Of a DNA stretch of 64,000 bases, positions 20,895 to 29,773 are shown one piece after another. The notes under the pieces are model-generated. The model saw only the letters and a program-made list of their open reading frames with translations, was not told where the DNA came from and ran no database searches. How positions within the stretch are numbered: the first letter of the stretch is position 1; each line of letters opens with the position of its first letter. Source of the DNA: a phage; NCBI GenBank assembly GCA_032986305.1, contig GCA_032986305.1_3672.1. The stretch is one strand, 5' to 3'. Position numbers and translations under genes: made by a program.

Positions 20895-21875
20895 TTATTT
20901 ATTGGATTCTTTACGTGCGCGAGCCAGAGCTTTAGCGACGTTTTCAGCAATAATGTCTTCAGCAGATTTAGCAATGTCGTCCACCACGACATCACCATCT
21001 TTACCTTGCTCTGTGGTTGCGAACTCTTCTTTAGCTTTTTCAACTTTAGCTTCCAGTTCAGCAATACGAGCTTGAGCTTTTTCCAGCAATTCAACAACAG
21101 GGGCGTTAGCTTTATCCAGCATGAATTCGACCAGAGGTGCGTGGTCTTCTTCAGTGGTGAAGCTTAACGCCTGAGCTTTTTCCAGCATTTTAGCTTTTTC
21201 AACTTCTACCTGAGCCTTGATGATTTCTTCAGCTTTTTCATTGGTAGCTTTCAGTTCTTCGAACTGTTTCAGCAGGTCCAGGTACTCTTGAGACTTGGTT
21301 ACGTCTTCCACCGGATTCTCCTCGGTATTTGCGGATTTATCAACATTGTCCACAGCGTCTGTAACAACTTCTTCTGTGGTTTCCTGTGCCGCTTTAATAA
21401 GTTTCCCTTCTTCATCGAAGAGATCAGCGGTCATCTGCTCAAAAACTTGTTGGGTTTTCAACAGAGTGTATTGGTCAACAATACTTAAATCTTTACCTTC
21501 TTTAGCAGCTTTGTGAATGGTTACGTTATCACAACGTTCTTCTAACCACTGCACACAAGCCTCTGCATCAGCCTGTGCCCACTCCCAATCTGGGTGTTCT
21601 TTTGCCCAAGCTTCTTCCTCAATCTCGAACCCAAGCAGGTGAGCCAGTGCCTTAGCATCGTCATACCACATATCGAAAAAACGACGCAGGTATTCTTCAA
21701 AGCTAAGTTCAACAGTAACTTGGCGAAGAGCCTTAACGATATCCTCTGTTAACTGCTCGGGCTTAAGATCGCTCTTCATTAAAAGAGATACAGGCCTATT
21801 GTTAGCGCTATAGCCTTGCGCCTTGTGGCACAGGGCAATCCCTTTCTCTTTAATAGTGATTGTTTTTTCAGACAT
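20895..21875 (-). CDS. head scaffolding protein
   Basis: 326 aa, acidic, Glu/Lys/Ala-rich coiled-coil-like C-terminal half; between portal and capsid genes. Confidence 0.45.
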   Translation of the reverse strand: MSEKTITIKEKGIALCHKAQGYSANNRPVSLLMKSDLKPEQLTEDIVKALRQVTVELSFEEYLRRFFDMWYDDAKALAHLLGFEIEEEAWAKEHPDWEWAQADAEACVQWLEERCDNVTIHKAAKEGKDLSIVDQYTLLKTQQVFEQMTADLFDEEGKLIKAAQETTEEVVTDAVDNVDKSANTEENPVEDVTKSQEYLDLLKQFEELKATNEKAEEIIKAQVEVEKAKMLEKAQALSFTTEEDHAPLVEFMLDKANAPVVELLEKAQARIAELEAKVEKAKEEFATTEQGKDGDVVVDDIAKSAEDIIAENVAKALARARKESNK

Positions 21876-22290
21876 TACTCATTGCCCTCTTCTACAACAC
21901 TGATCCCGAAGTTTACGTTGGTGATCTCGCCAGTTTCTTCATCAACATTGCCAGTTGCCTGAATGCTTAGTCCACCAACAATGCCAGCCTTCTTAGCTTC
22001 CCATAATTCAGGATTGTTGTATTTAACTTTAGCAACCCAAGAGCCAGCCTTGATGACCTGCTCAGTACCAATTACCACAACATCAAACTCTTCTTGAATC
22101 CACGTCTTTTCAATAGTGAATGCATCTGTGGAGGTCAAGTGGAAAAGGTTTTCAGAAACTAGGCCTGCGGCGTATGCTGCGTCCCAATTATCTTTAGCCT
22201 TTTTGATGGTGTCTTTACTCATCCACTCACCGTGAGCGTCTTTAGTGTCCGGTTCGTAGATGATTTCGTAGGAAATCATTTCTTCCTGTG
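21875..22290 (-). CDS. head morphogenesis protein (start uncertain)
   Basis: ORF track 21875-22447 overlaps portal 3' end; internal ATGs with weak RBS. Confidence 0.3.
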
Positions 22291-22361
22291 GCATCTTATT
22301 CCCCATGTGGATTATTTTATCACGCCAAAGGAGGTTTTGCAACCCCCTGTGTTGATAATTT

Positions 22362-23918
22362 TTAATTTTCCATGTTGGATATGGAATTATCTCTGGTTGA
22401 TGACATCTTAGAAGTGCCGTTGCCAGTGGATCCTGCAGCCATTCCATCGCCAGCCCTACTGATGTCCTGGCCCAAGAGCTTCATTAGCTCTTCCTGATCC
22501 ATGTCCTCGTCAAATCTTTCATCAAACCCACCTACTTCAAGAATCTTATTAATTACTGCAGGAGTTTTTGGCAAGTAACCTACAGCACCGATCCTCTGGA
22601 CAAACTTGGAGAAGCTCTCCATGTCCACCTCTTCAATCAGGCCAGGTTTCAGTTTAGGCATATCATCATCTTCAAGGATGATACCATTCAATGCCAGAAG
22701 CTGTGGAATAAGATCTTTATTGAAGGCCTCAGTGATAATATCTATATCACGCTGAACAAAATGACCATGGATAGACTGTTTTGACTCAGACAGAGAGAAG
22801 GATCCGACGTTATCGTTACCGAGGTTAATAAAGCCAGCACCGAAACGGTCAAGAATCGCCTTCTTACGGGCATCAATCAAATCTTTAGTTGAATACTGCT
22901 TGCCCATACCGTCAACCCCCTTCAGGGTCATGGAGTAAAGCTCTTTACCAGACTTATCTCTATCAGACGGAAGTATAAAGAAACTTTGCTCCCCACTATG
23001 GGCGTTTGCTGCGTCAAGCATAAGATCTGCAACCATTCTCCCTTCCATTGAATTCGGGTCAATACTGGCCTTGTTCAAAATATTGGAAGGAATTTTCAGC
23101 TCAAGCACACCACCAAGGTCTTTGGAACAGCCAACAACCTCAAGGTTTTCAATCAAAACTTTCTCACGGAAAGATCTGTAGCAACCTATCATCGGTGACA
23201 CACCTGCAGGGTTAGATTCTGTTCCTGACAGAGTCATGAGCATAAGCTTTTTAGCAGGGATGAAAATTTCAGGCTCATTAAAGCCTTTTGAAGGCATTGC
23301 AGCAAGAGGTCCAGCCCAGCGTGCATTCTGAGTGTTTAGAAATGCATTAGGTGACTGATAAATACCTGTCAGTGTTCTACTATTCTTGTCAAAGACAAAC
23401 GGCTCTGATCTGGACAGACTGGCCTGAGGTCGGAATGCAATTTTATCAATAAGGAGCATCCCGGCATATTTACCTTCTTTCTCTCTGCGGTATACTTTCT
23501 CAAACAGTGAAAAACCATACTCGTTAAAGGTAGCTGCGCTTCTTGCAATATCCCGAAGGGTTTGTTGGTTTGCTAAATTACGCAAAGAATACTCTATAAG
23601 CTCGGCAGCTTTCTTAGAGTCTTCACTTTTAACATTATAAAGGATCTTAAAATCATTGAATGCTTTCGTGATGAAAACATATTTTGTATCTAAGGCAGTA
23701 GCAACTGTGGAATCACATTTCATAGTCTCCACTGTGGCAATCAGCTGAGGCCAACGCAATTCCTCAACCATCATAGATTGCGATTCTGCCATGATTTGGG
23801 AAAGTGCGCCAGAACCGATCTCACTCATACGAACATTATGAGTTGGTGCGCCTGCGTTCCCAGATTTATTCACAGTTTTGGCTGTGGCGTTGTGTTTCCT
23901 GCGGTTCTTTTTGGACAC
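22362..23918 (-). CDS. portal protein (518 aa; start GTG or downstream ATG)
   Basis: size and position between terminase and scaffold; annotated start is GTG. Confidence 0.6.
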   Translation of the reverse strand: MSKKNRRKHNATAKTVNKSGNAGAPTHNVRMSEIGSGALSQIMAESQSMMVEELRWPQLIATVETMKCDSTVATALDTKYVFITKAFNDFKILYNVKSEDSKKAAELIEYSLRNLANQQTLRDIARSAATFNEYGFSLFEKVYRREKEGKYAGMLLIDKIAFRPQASLSRSEPFVFDKNSRTLTGIYQSPNAFLNTQNARWAGPLAAMPSKGFNEPEIFIPAKKLMLMTLSGTESNPAGVSPMIGCYRSFREKVLIENLEVVGCSKDLGGVLELKIPSNILNKASIDPNSMEGRMVADLMLDAANAHSGEQSFFILPSDRDKSGKELYSMTLKGVDGMGKQYSTKDLIDARKKAILDRFGAGFINLGNDNVGSFSLSESKQSIHGHFVQRDIDIITEAFNKDLIPQLLALNGIILEDDDMPKLKPGLIEEVDMESFSKFVQRIGAVGYLPKTPAVINKILEVGGFDERFDEDMDQEELMKLLGQDISRAGDGMAAGSTGNGTSKMSSTRDNSISNMEN

Positions 23919-23937
23919 AAGCTTTACCCCTCAAAAC

Positions 23938-23970
23938 AGTATAACAAAATAGCCCTCGTGTTAGAGGGCT
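23938..23970 (-). terminator. terminator-like hairpin between terminase and portal genes
   Basis: AGCCCTC..GAGGGCT stem followed by AUUUUGUUAU on minus strand. Confidence 0.3.
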
Positions 23971-24020
23971 AGTATCTCCGATTACTCTATTCTACCACAT
24001 CTAATTAAGATTGGCAACAC

Positions 24021-24827
24021 TTAGATAAAACGCTTGAACATAGAAGGTGATGAGATTGATGGAATCACACAAGGAAGTGCTACCTCCTCTTTCTCCAGGA
24101 AATTAATTGCAGAAGCTACACAGTCAGCCCAGTCGTCTTTTCTGTTAAATGTTGATCTTTCCCCGTTGAATTTTTCAAGTTCAGTCAGAAATGCTTCCAG
24201 AGTATCAGGATGGAAACTGGATTTTACAATCCTAACCATTCCTTGTTGGGCAAGATTGGCAAAAGGTGAGAACCTTGTCAGTTTAGATTTGTTGGAAGGC
24301 ATTGGGTCTTCTTCAACCCTAAACCCTTCGGCGAGCAAGGATCTGGAGGATGTTAAGAACTCACTCTTACCTGCCTGACCGGGGTCCACAGAGAATACGA
24401 TTATACAATCATCACCATCAAACTGCGCCTGTTTCCTGATGATCACATCTCGTTCACCAGCCTTTTTACAGAACTTGCCTTCCAGACCTGTGGAATACCT
24501 CCCGTCATCCACGTTTTCAGGACAATAATCCCCTGACAGGTAATAAAAGCCGTCGCTATCTTTACTTACCTTAACACTGGCGGTAAAGTCAGGAAATTTA
24601 TTACCGGAAGTTCTGTCGGTTCCTGCCTTATCCCATGCCCTGCAAGATACTGATCCAAGGGGTACTCTATCGGCATCACGAAGGAAAGATCTTTGAAAAT
24701 AGTTTGCACCCTCAGGCTTTGCAAACCAGTTGCCATGAAGAAGCTGGGCTTTTTCAAGCTCGGGCAGACCTTCAAGAAAAGCAAGGTATTCTGGGTTGTC
24801 TCTCAAGCAGACAGGATTATCGAATCC
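24021..24827 (-). CDS. terminase large subunit, exon 2 (nuclease domain); 5' boundary approximate
   Basis: 261-aa ORF; continues the reading frame of exon 1 after removal of the intervening intron. Confidence 0.65.
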   Translation of the reverse strand, partial: GFDNPVCLRDNPEYLAFLEGLPELEKAQLLHGNWFAKPEGANYFQRSFLRDADRVPLGSVSCRAWDKAGTDRTSGNKFPDFTASVKVSKDSDGFYYLSGDYCPENVDDGRYSTGLEGKFCKKAGERDVIIRKQAQFDGDDCIIVFSVDPGQAGKSEFLTSSRSLLAEGFRVEEDPMPSNKSKLTRFSPFANLAQQGMVRIVKSSFHPDTLEAFLTELEKFNGERSTFNRKDDWADCVASAINFLEKEEVALPCVIPSISSPSMFKRFI

Positions 24828-25804
24828 TTATATTCAAAGGTGGTCGCAACACCACCTTCCGCACCTTTACGTGCTGCTGCATGTTACCATGCAGAGTAGA
24901 CTATATCACCACCCATTTCAGGGTGCTTCGCTTTTCGAGCGCCATAAGCTTGCGCCCTACTCCCTCTCGGGATAGTCGTTGAACTACATTACCAATCGTA
25001 ATTGTTTGAAATATAGGTGTAAGTCTTACGGTCTTTTATTCCTTTAACAACACTAAAACTTACTCCCCACTTCTTAGCTATTTTATTTACACACAAGACC
25101 TTATCACTAAGATCCTCGCAGATACCTATTATCTTGTGCTCACTTATCCGATTAGAGGTTGGCACTTTTCTAAAGTTAAACTCTTTAGAAATATCTGGGT
25201 ATACTGAGCCATTCTTTATACCACTTACAAGTGGTTGATTGACACCAAACATTTCACAAATGTCTTTTACCCTTGCGCCTTGCTCTAACAGCCTACATAT
25301 TTCAAGAGCAGTGGCATCATCCAGGGACCTGTATTTATTGACATAGTCCTTTTTAAGTCCCATTTCATGAGCGTGATGTGTGTTTTCCTCAGGCGTTGTC
25401 CACTCAAGGTTCCATGCGGCGTTATTCAACTTATTACCATCTAGGTGGTTTACTTGAGTTTTCACGCTGGGATTGTCATTATCAACAAAAGTCATAGCAA
25501 TCACTCTGTGAACGAGCACTTGGAACTTTTTACCGTCCTCGCACAAAGTTACCATAGCATAGCCAGTCTTTTTCTGCACATTAGGATGGAGGAATTTATT
25601 AGAATACAGACTGTAAATTCTGCCATCGTATGTAGCACAATAATGATTGTAGCCTAAAAAGCCTAAATTTTTCATTTCAAACATCTCCCTACTACAGGTT
25701 CGGAAGGGTAATTATAGCTGCTGATTGTCCGTTTAGCAATCGGATTTCCCAGCAATTAACGAAGTTATTCGACGTGCATTTCTGCACGAAGCCACTATCA
25801 TTTA
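24828..25804 (-). mobile_element. group I intron in terminase large subunit gene, carrying an HNH homing endonuclease ORF (boundaries +/- ~20 nt)
   Basis: R-like GTTCAACGACTATC (reverse of 24962-24975) and S-like GATATAGTCT (reverse of 24897-24906) core elements; 3' core nearly identical to the nrdD intron at 53500-53545; interrupts a single terminase reading frame. Confidence 0.65.
24989..25675 (-). CDS. HNH homing endonuclease (intron-encoded)
   Basis: motif ..VHRVIAMTFVDNDNPSVKTQVNHLDGNKLNNAAWNLEW.. (HNH_3-type); ORF lies inside the intron; stop 12 nt before the R element. Confidence 0.7.
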   Translation of the reverse strand: MKNLGFLGYNHYCATYDGRIYSLYSNKFLHPNVQKKTGYAMVTLCEDGKKFQVLVHRVIAMTFVDNDNPSVKTQVNHLDGNKLNNAAWNLEWTTPEENTHHAHEMGLKKDYVNKYRSLDDATALEICRLLEQGARVKDICEMFGVNQPLVSGIKNGSVYPDISKEFNFRKVPTSNRISEHKIIGICEDLSDKVLCVNKIAKKWGVSFSVVKGIKDRKTYTYISNNYDW

Positions 25805-26547
25805 ATGGTTGCGCCTATAAACGAGAATGACAACGGTCTTGGCTTGATCTCCACACCCAGTCCGTTAACCGTGGTGTATTTCTCTATCAACTCTTCTTTA
25901 GAGTCTCCCCAAATAAATTCACCGTCGCGTCGGATAAAATATCTTTTCTTACCGCATTTCTCCGGATCTGGATACCCTTCATCGTCCAACCACCATCTAA
26001 CCAGTTTGGCAAGCATGTGTTCTGAATCGGGGTTACAGCTGATAACCATTCTTGATGGATACTTTGACTGAGATCGCAGACGAGACATCAGATAGTCTAT
26101 CTGCTCCCATTCGAACTGCGTTCCCTCATCGAAGCAAACCATGGTGTACTCAAGCCCTTGATGGTTAAGCTTATCTTGTACATACTCCATGTGGCAGTAT
26201 TTTACAACAGCTCCCTTTTTGCTCCTATCCCACTTGCCAGTGTTCGGATCAAACCGTGGAAAAATGAACTTATGATCCTTCTCTCTGAACTTTGGCTTAA
26301 TGTTTTCAGGCAGATCACTATAAATAGCTACTGCTTTAGGCCATAGTCCACCCTCACCTTCCAACTGTGGGGTTGTTCTTCGGAACATAACCACAGAGCT
26401 GTGGGGGTCATCAATAATTTTAAGCGGCATCAACTGCAAGAGGAACGACTTGCCAGACCCTGCGGCACCGCCGATTACCAAAATATCTGCATCATTTTCG
26501 AGGATCATCTTCTGCTTTTCAGAACACGGTCCGTAAATCTTAGACAT
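25805..26547 (-). CDS. terminase large subunit, exon 1 (ATPase domain); 3' boundary approximate
   Basis: Walker A GGAAGSGKS near the N-terminus; ORF ends at a stop lying just inside the intron. Confidence 0.7.
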
Positions 26548-26834
26548 TAACCTCTCTCCTTTGGAAAAAGTGTTCTAATATAGTCTTGCAAAATGATCAA
26601 TTTAGCTCTATCATTGCTACAAGACAGATTATTATCCCTCATAATGCCAGAGTTCACTGCATCTGGCGCACCTTTCTTCAAAGGCATAGCTTTAGCAGGT
26701 GGTTTCATGGCACCTTCCGGGGGCTTAACAATCAACCTTCCTACATCTGGAGGGTCAATCTTGTATTCTTTCTCAACACTGGTTGCACACCCACATAATA
26801 ACAAGCACGCAATAAACAGTGTAGCAACTCTCAT
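26547..26834 (-). CDS. o-spanin-like outer-membrane lipoprotein
   Basis: signal peptide with L-C-G-C lipobox, Pro-rich periplasmic part, 95 aa; overlaps upstream gene by 4 nt. Confidence 0.45.
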   Translation of the reverse strand: MRVATLFIACLLLCGCATSVEKEYKIDPPDVGRLIVKPPEGAMKPPAKAMPLKKGAPDAVNSGIMRDNNLSCSNDRAKLIILQDYIRTLFPKERG

Positions 26835-27229
26835 CGATCCTCCTGATTGATACTCTCATTATAAATATCTATAAGCTGATCAGGAAGTGTTGACTTCTTA
26901 CCTTCAGGTGATTGGAGGTAGATAATCTGCTTTTCTCTACCTTCCCTCTCAGCCATATTTAATTTATCCTGCAGATCAGAAAGAGATTTTTCAAGGTTTT
27001 TAACCTCCTCTGCGTGGCCCATTTTAATTTTGTCGGCCTGCTTTTGTTGCTGATCAAGGATCCGTTCCCACTTTAACTCTGTTGCTGACACACCCTCTTG
27101 GTAGGCATCATTAAGCTTAGAGTTAAACCAATACACGGCCCCAAGATAAGCTGCACCTATAGCCGCTGCAAAAACTAAACCTTTTATGATCCCTCTATAC
27201 CTACTCAGCCATGTTAAACCTGAAATCAT
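26831..27229 (-). CDS. i-spanin-like protein
   Basis: N-terminal transmembrane helix followed by a charged coiled-coil-like region, 132 aa; paired with the lipoprotein gene. Confidence 0.45.
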   Translation of the reverse strand: MISGLTWLSRYRGIIKGLVFAAAIGAAYLGAVYWFNSKLNDAYQEGVSATELKWERILDQQQKQADKIKMGHAEEVKNLEKSLSDLQDKLNMAEREGREKQIIYLQSPEGKKSTLPDQLIDIYNESINQEDR

Positions 27230-27244
27230 TTTAAGGCTCCAGAA

Positions 27245-27278
27245 ACGAAAAAACCCCGCAGCTATACAGCTAACGGGG
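27245..27278 (-). terminator. intrinsic terminator between tRNA region and spanin genes
   Basis: CCCCG..CGGGG stem then TTTTTT on minus strand. Confidence 0.45.
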
Positions 27279-27334
27279 CGGGTTAAAATTGAGTAACCTA
27301 AATAGATCGAAACTAACTAAAAGGAGACTAATAC

Positions 27335-27603
27335 TTATCGAGGCACTCGGTGGATGATTCTAACAGTAACTGCATTTTCATTCATCAAGTATGCATCTAC
27401 ATCTCTGTAAATATAAAACTTCTGCTCACTATCAACAACACAAGCTACCGCCCCTTCAGAGTTGTCTTCAAAAAAGACCACCACTGCATCGCAGCTGAGT
27501 TCATGATATGACTCTCGAAGATTTACAGCCAGAGGATTGAAATCGTCACGAAAATCTACAGTATTTGTTGGATTTACACGCTCTACAATTTTAAGTGTAT
27601 ACA
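27335..27603 (-). CDS. hypothetical protein (89 aa; start moved to internal ATG)
   Basis: ORF track start overlaps tRNA-Pro; internal MYTLK start has AAGGAA RBS. Confidence 0.35.
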
Positions 27604-27649
27604 TTTTAAAGGTTCCTTTTGTGTGTATATGTTTAAAGTATAACTGAAA

Positions 27650-27726
27650 GTGGTCTCCACGGAGTGATTCGAACACTCGACCTCCTGATCCCAAATCAGG
27701 CGCTCTACCAAGCTGAGCTACGCGGA
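27650..27726 (-). tRNA. tRNA-Pro (anticodon UGG)
   Basis: hand-folded cloverleaf: acceptor CTCCGCG/CGTGGAG, T-loop TTCGAAT, anticodon loop TTTGGGA, CCA encoded. Confidence 0.8.
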
Positions 27727-27737
27727 GTATTTACTAT

Positions 27738-27812
27738 TTGGTGGCCCTGGGTGGAATTGAACCACCGTCTGGCGATTATGAGTCGCTTGCTTGAACCTTC
27801 CAGCTACAGGGC
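27738..27812 (-). tRNA. tRNA-Met (anticodon CAU; elongator or Ile-lysidine type)
   Basis: acceptor GGCCCTG/CAGGGCC, T-loop TTCAATT, anticodon loop CTCATAA, CCA encoded. Confidence 0.75.
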
Positions 27813-27813
27813 C

Positions 27814-27889
27814 TTGGTGCTGATGGCAGGACTTGAACCTGCAACCTATTGATTACAAATCAATTGCACTACCAATTGTGCTACATCAG
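27814..27889 (-). tRNA. tRNA-Thr (anticodon UGU)
   Basis: acceptor GCTGATG/CATCAGC, D-stem GCAC/GTGC, anticodon loop TTTGTAA, T-loop TTCAAGT, CCA encoded. Confidence 0.8.
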
Positions 27890-27894
27890 CAAAA

Positions 27895-27993
27895 AGGTGC
27901 TAGGCGGTGGAATCGAACCACCTATGTATTCAACGACTACCTCGTCTATTTTCAGGATTAAAAATCCTCGCCCTTGCCAAAGGGCTTACCTAG
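27895..27993 (-). tRNA. atypical tRNA-like gene, possibly tRNA-Lys (anticodon UUU) with ~30-nt extra region; may be a pseudo-tRNA
   Basis: perfect 7-bp acceptor pairing GCTAGGT/GCCTAGC, canonical T-arm GGTGG-TTCGATT-CCACC, D-stem GCCC/GGGC, 4-bp anticodon stem with loop TTTTTAA, but ~99 nt long and no CCA. Confidence 0.35.
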
Positions 27994-28091
27994 CTCAGTA
28001 TGTTGACCATGTTGCTAGTCGGCGATGACGACTGTAACATTTGATAATCCGGTTCTGCTTCCGGCTTTCGCTTAATTACAAGGTCAACAAT

Positions 28092-28182
28092 GTGGCGGAG
28101 AGTAATGGAATCGAACCATCATCGAGTCATCCTCAATGGGACGGTTTTCAAGACCGCTTGAGCACCATTGCTCCCTACCCTC
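28092..28182 (-). tRNA. tRNA-Ser (anticodon UGA), long variable arm
   Basis: acceptor GGAGGGT/ACTCTCC, anticodon loop CTTGAAA, extended variable arm, discriminator G, CCA encoded. Confidence 0.7.
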
Positions 28183-28189
28183 CTTTATA

Positions 28190-28218
28190 AATTATACTGA
28201 TAATGACACTGATTTTCG
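28190..28218 (-). promoter_or_regulatory. sigma70-like promoter upstream of tRNA-Ser
   Basis: minus strand TCGAAA-N17-TATAAT, -10 ending 7 nt before the tRNA 5' end. Confidence 0.4.
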
Positions 28219-28296
28219 AGCAGTTAGTGACTAGTATAAACGACGATAAATATCAATGCCATTATCTGTATTATTTACGCATCTAAAAATATAAAT

Positions 28297-28383
28297 TTGG
28301 TGGGGAGTGGTGGAGTCGAACCACCCGAGTCGCAATGACAATAGATTTACAGTCTACACCGCTACCTCTACGGGATAACTCCC
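28297..28383 (-). tRNA. tRNA-Tyr (anticodon GUA)
   Basis: acceptor GGGGAGT/ACTCCCC, anticodon loop CTGTAAA, long variable arm, T-loop TTCGACT, CCA encoded. Confidence 0.75.
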
Positions 28384-28387
28384 CAAT

Positions 28388-28462
28388 TTGGCACCCCGTA
28401 CTGGACTCGAACCAGTGTCAACGGCTTAGAAGGCCGCTGCTTTATCCACTAAGCTAACAGGG
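28388..28462 (-). tRNA. tRNA-Arg (anticodon UCU)
   Basis: anticodon stem-loop GCGGC-CTTCTAA-GCCGT, T-arm ACTGG-TTCGAGT-CCAGT, CCA encoded. Confidence 0.7.
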
Positions 28463-28559
28463 CACTGGGTGGCTTTCTTTTACACCTTAGCCGCCAGAAA
28501 AGGTGGGAGACCATGTTTACAATATTACACTGTTAAGCAAAGTTTGTCAAGAAAATATT

Positions 28560-28898
28560 TTAGCTATTGCTAACAGGCTGTATTTCTGTAGTAAATGGCA
28601 TAAAAGGTGCTGGTTTTTCAGCCTCTTCCACTACCATCTCTTCCTCTTCACCAAACATCTCATCATATTCTTCCTGCATTCGGTCTGCCTTATCAAGAAC
28701 ATACTCTGCAATGCTTTGACGAATATTTTGTTTGGTTTTCGGGTCCAACATCAGCTCTCTTAAAACTTTGTGAGCTTCTGGAACCATCGCTATAAAAGAT
28801 TCCTTCATATCAAGGATGTTCTTCTCTAGCTGAATGGCGTTGGACTCCTCTTTCAGAGGTCTGCCTCTACGGCGACGCTTTTTAGTTGTATCCGCCAT
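28560..28898 (-). CDS. hypothetical small basic/acidic protein with AT-hook-like KRRRRGRP motif
   Basis: start moved to MADTTKK.. with GGAGGA RBS; acidic C-terminal tail. Confidence 0.4.
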   Translation of the reverse strand: MADTTKKRRRRGRPLKEESNAIQLEKNILDMKESFIAMVPEAHKVLRELMLDPKTKQNIRQSIAEYVLDKADRMQEEYDEMFGEEEEMVVEEAEKPAPFMPFTTEIQPVSNS

Positions 28899-28904
28899 GT
28901 TTCC

Positions 28905-29200
28905 TCCATTATCACGTGATAGGTGGATTTTATCATAGCAAATACTGATTGTCAAGTTCGCCGCAGGGTGGTATTCCCTGCGACTTGTCCAGCGTCCTGG
29001 ACCAGCAAGACCCAACAAGTGGGTTACCAGAGGCCTATTACCCGCGCTTCGGCTCGACCTTGTTACAGGTTGGCTGGGGTCACATCGTCATGTGCTGGCT
29101 GCCCCTACCATTTTAAGTGTGGTGCACTATCAAGCCCTCTAAGGGGAACTCAGCCTTCTCCGAACCCTGTTTCAAAGCATCCAGAGATAAAGCCATCAAA
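28905..29200. ncRNA. GC-rich non-coding island, candidate structured RNA (strand and function unknown)
   Basis: GC content visibly above flanking DNA; hairpins CGCAGGG..CCCTGCG and GTCCAG-CGTC-CTGGAC; only an Arg-rich implausible ORF spans it. Confidence 0.25.
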
Positions 29201-29244
29201 TTCATCTTTAAATTGGATATTCATCATGATACACGAAAACAACC

Positions 29245-29487
29245 TCATTGTAAAGCACAAATAAATAAAACATACTTAATTTGTTTGTTATCAGGCTCAG
29301 GGTAGAAGTAGAAGATCTTGCTATCACCGATCTGAACACCACCATCCCAACAACATAGCCCATAACCTGTATTCATACAAGCTAAGTCGTTGGCAAAATC
29401 TATTGCATCATCCAGTGCACGAAATTCACCTTCATCTTCTAAATAATCCTCATTCATGGAACGAAAAACGAGCTTAACCTTAAACAT
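29245..29487 (-). CDS. hypothetical protein (80 aa)
   Basis: ORF only. Confidence 0.3.
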   Translation of the reverse strand: MFKVKLVFRSMNEDYLEDEGEFRALDDAIDFANDLACMNTGYGLCCWDGGVQIGDSKIFYFYPEPDNKQIKYVLFICALQ

Positions 29488-29563
29488 AGCATTACCTGTA
29501 GACCTCGTAAGTTAAAATTGCATCACATCATATTGCAGATCTTATCAGGTAACACTATTTTTG

Positions 29564-29773
29564 TCAACAGATTCCGGCCTTATCCTTCCTGTCTGCGTAT
29601 TCTTTAATCGCAACCTCATCTGCATTAGTGACCAGGTCTTCAAAGTAACTCTCAAGCTCCTCGTCAATGTCAGGAGACCAGCCCTTTTTCCTGTCAGTGT
29701 GAATCGCAGACTTGTTAAACTTAGTACAGTTCTTTGCTACCGGATTGTTCATTAAGCACCCCTCAGCGTTCAT
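29564..29773 (-). CDS. hypothetical protein (69 aa)
   Basis: ORF only. Confidence 0.3.
   Translation of the reverse strand: MNAEGCLMNNPVAKNCTKFNKSAIHTDRKKGWSPDIDEELESYFEDLVTNADEVAIKEYADRKDKAGIC

Noticed and set aside
24693-24899. ORFs 24693-24899 (+) and 53420-53689 (-) sharing the peptide PLRAAAC
   Set aside because: Both are translations of the conserved intron core shared by the two introns; the similarity reflects a repeated RNA element, not a protein family
24021-26547. Intein as the cause of the split terminase (and likewise split nrdD)
   Set aside because: The intervening sequences contain stop codons in the host frame, the endonuclease is a separate ORF with its own RBS, and group I core motifs are present
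27664-27852. 62-aa plus-strand ORF across the tRNA-Pro/Met/Thr genes
   Set aside because: Antisense to three well-folded tRNA genes; a chance ORF
28923-29264. 113-aa plus-strand ORF inside GC-rich island A
   Set aside because: Same reasoning: no RBS, Arg/Cys/Pro-rich implausible composition
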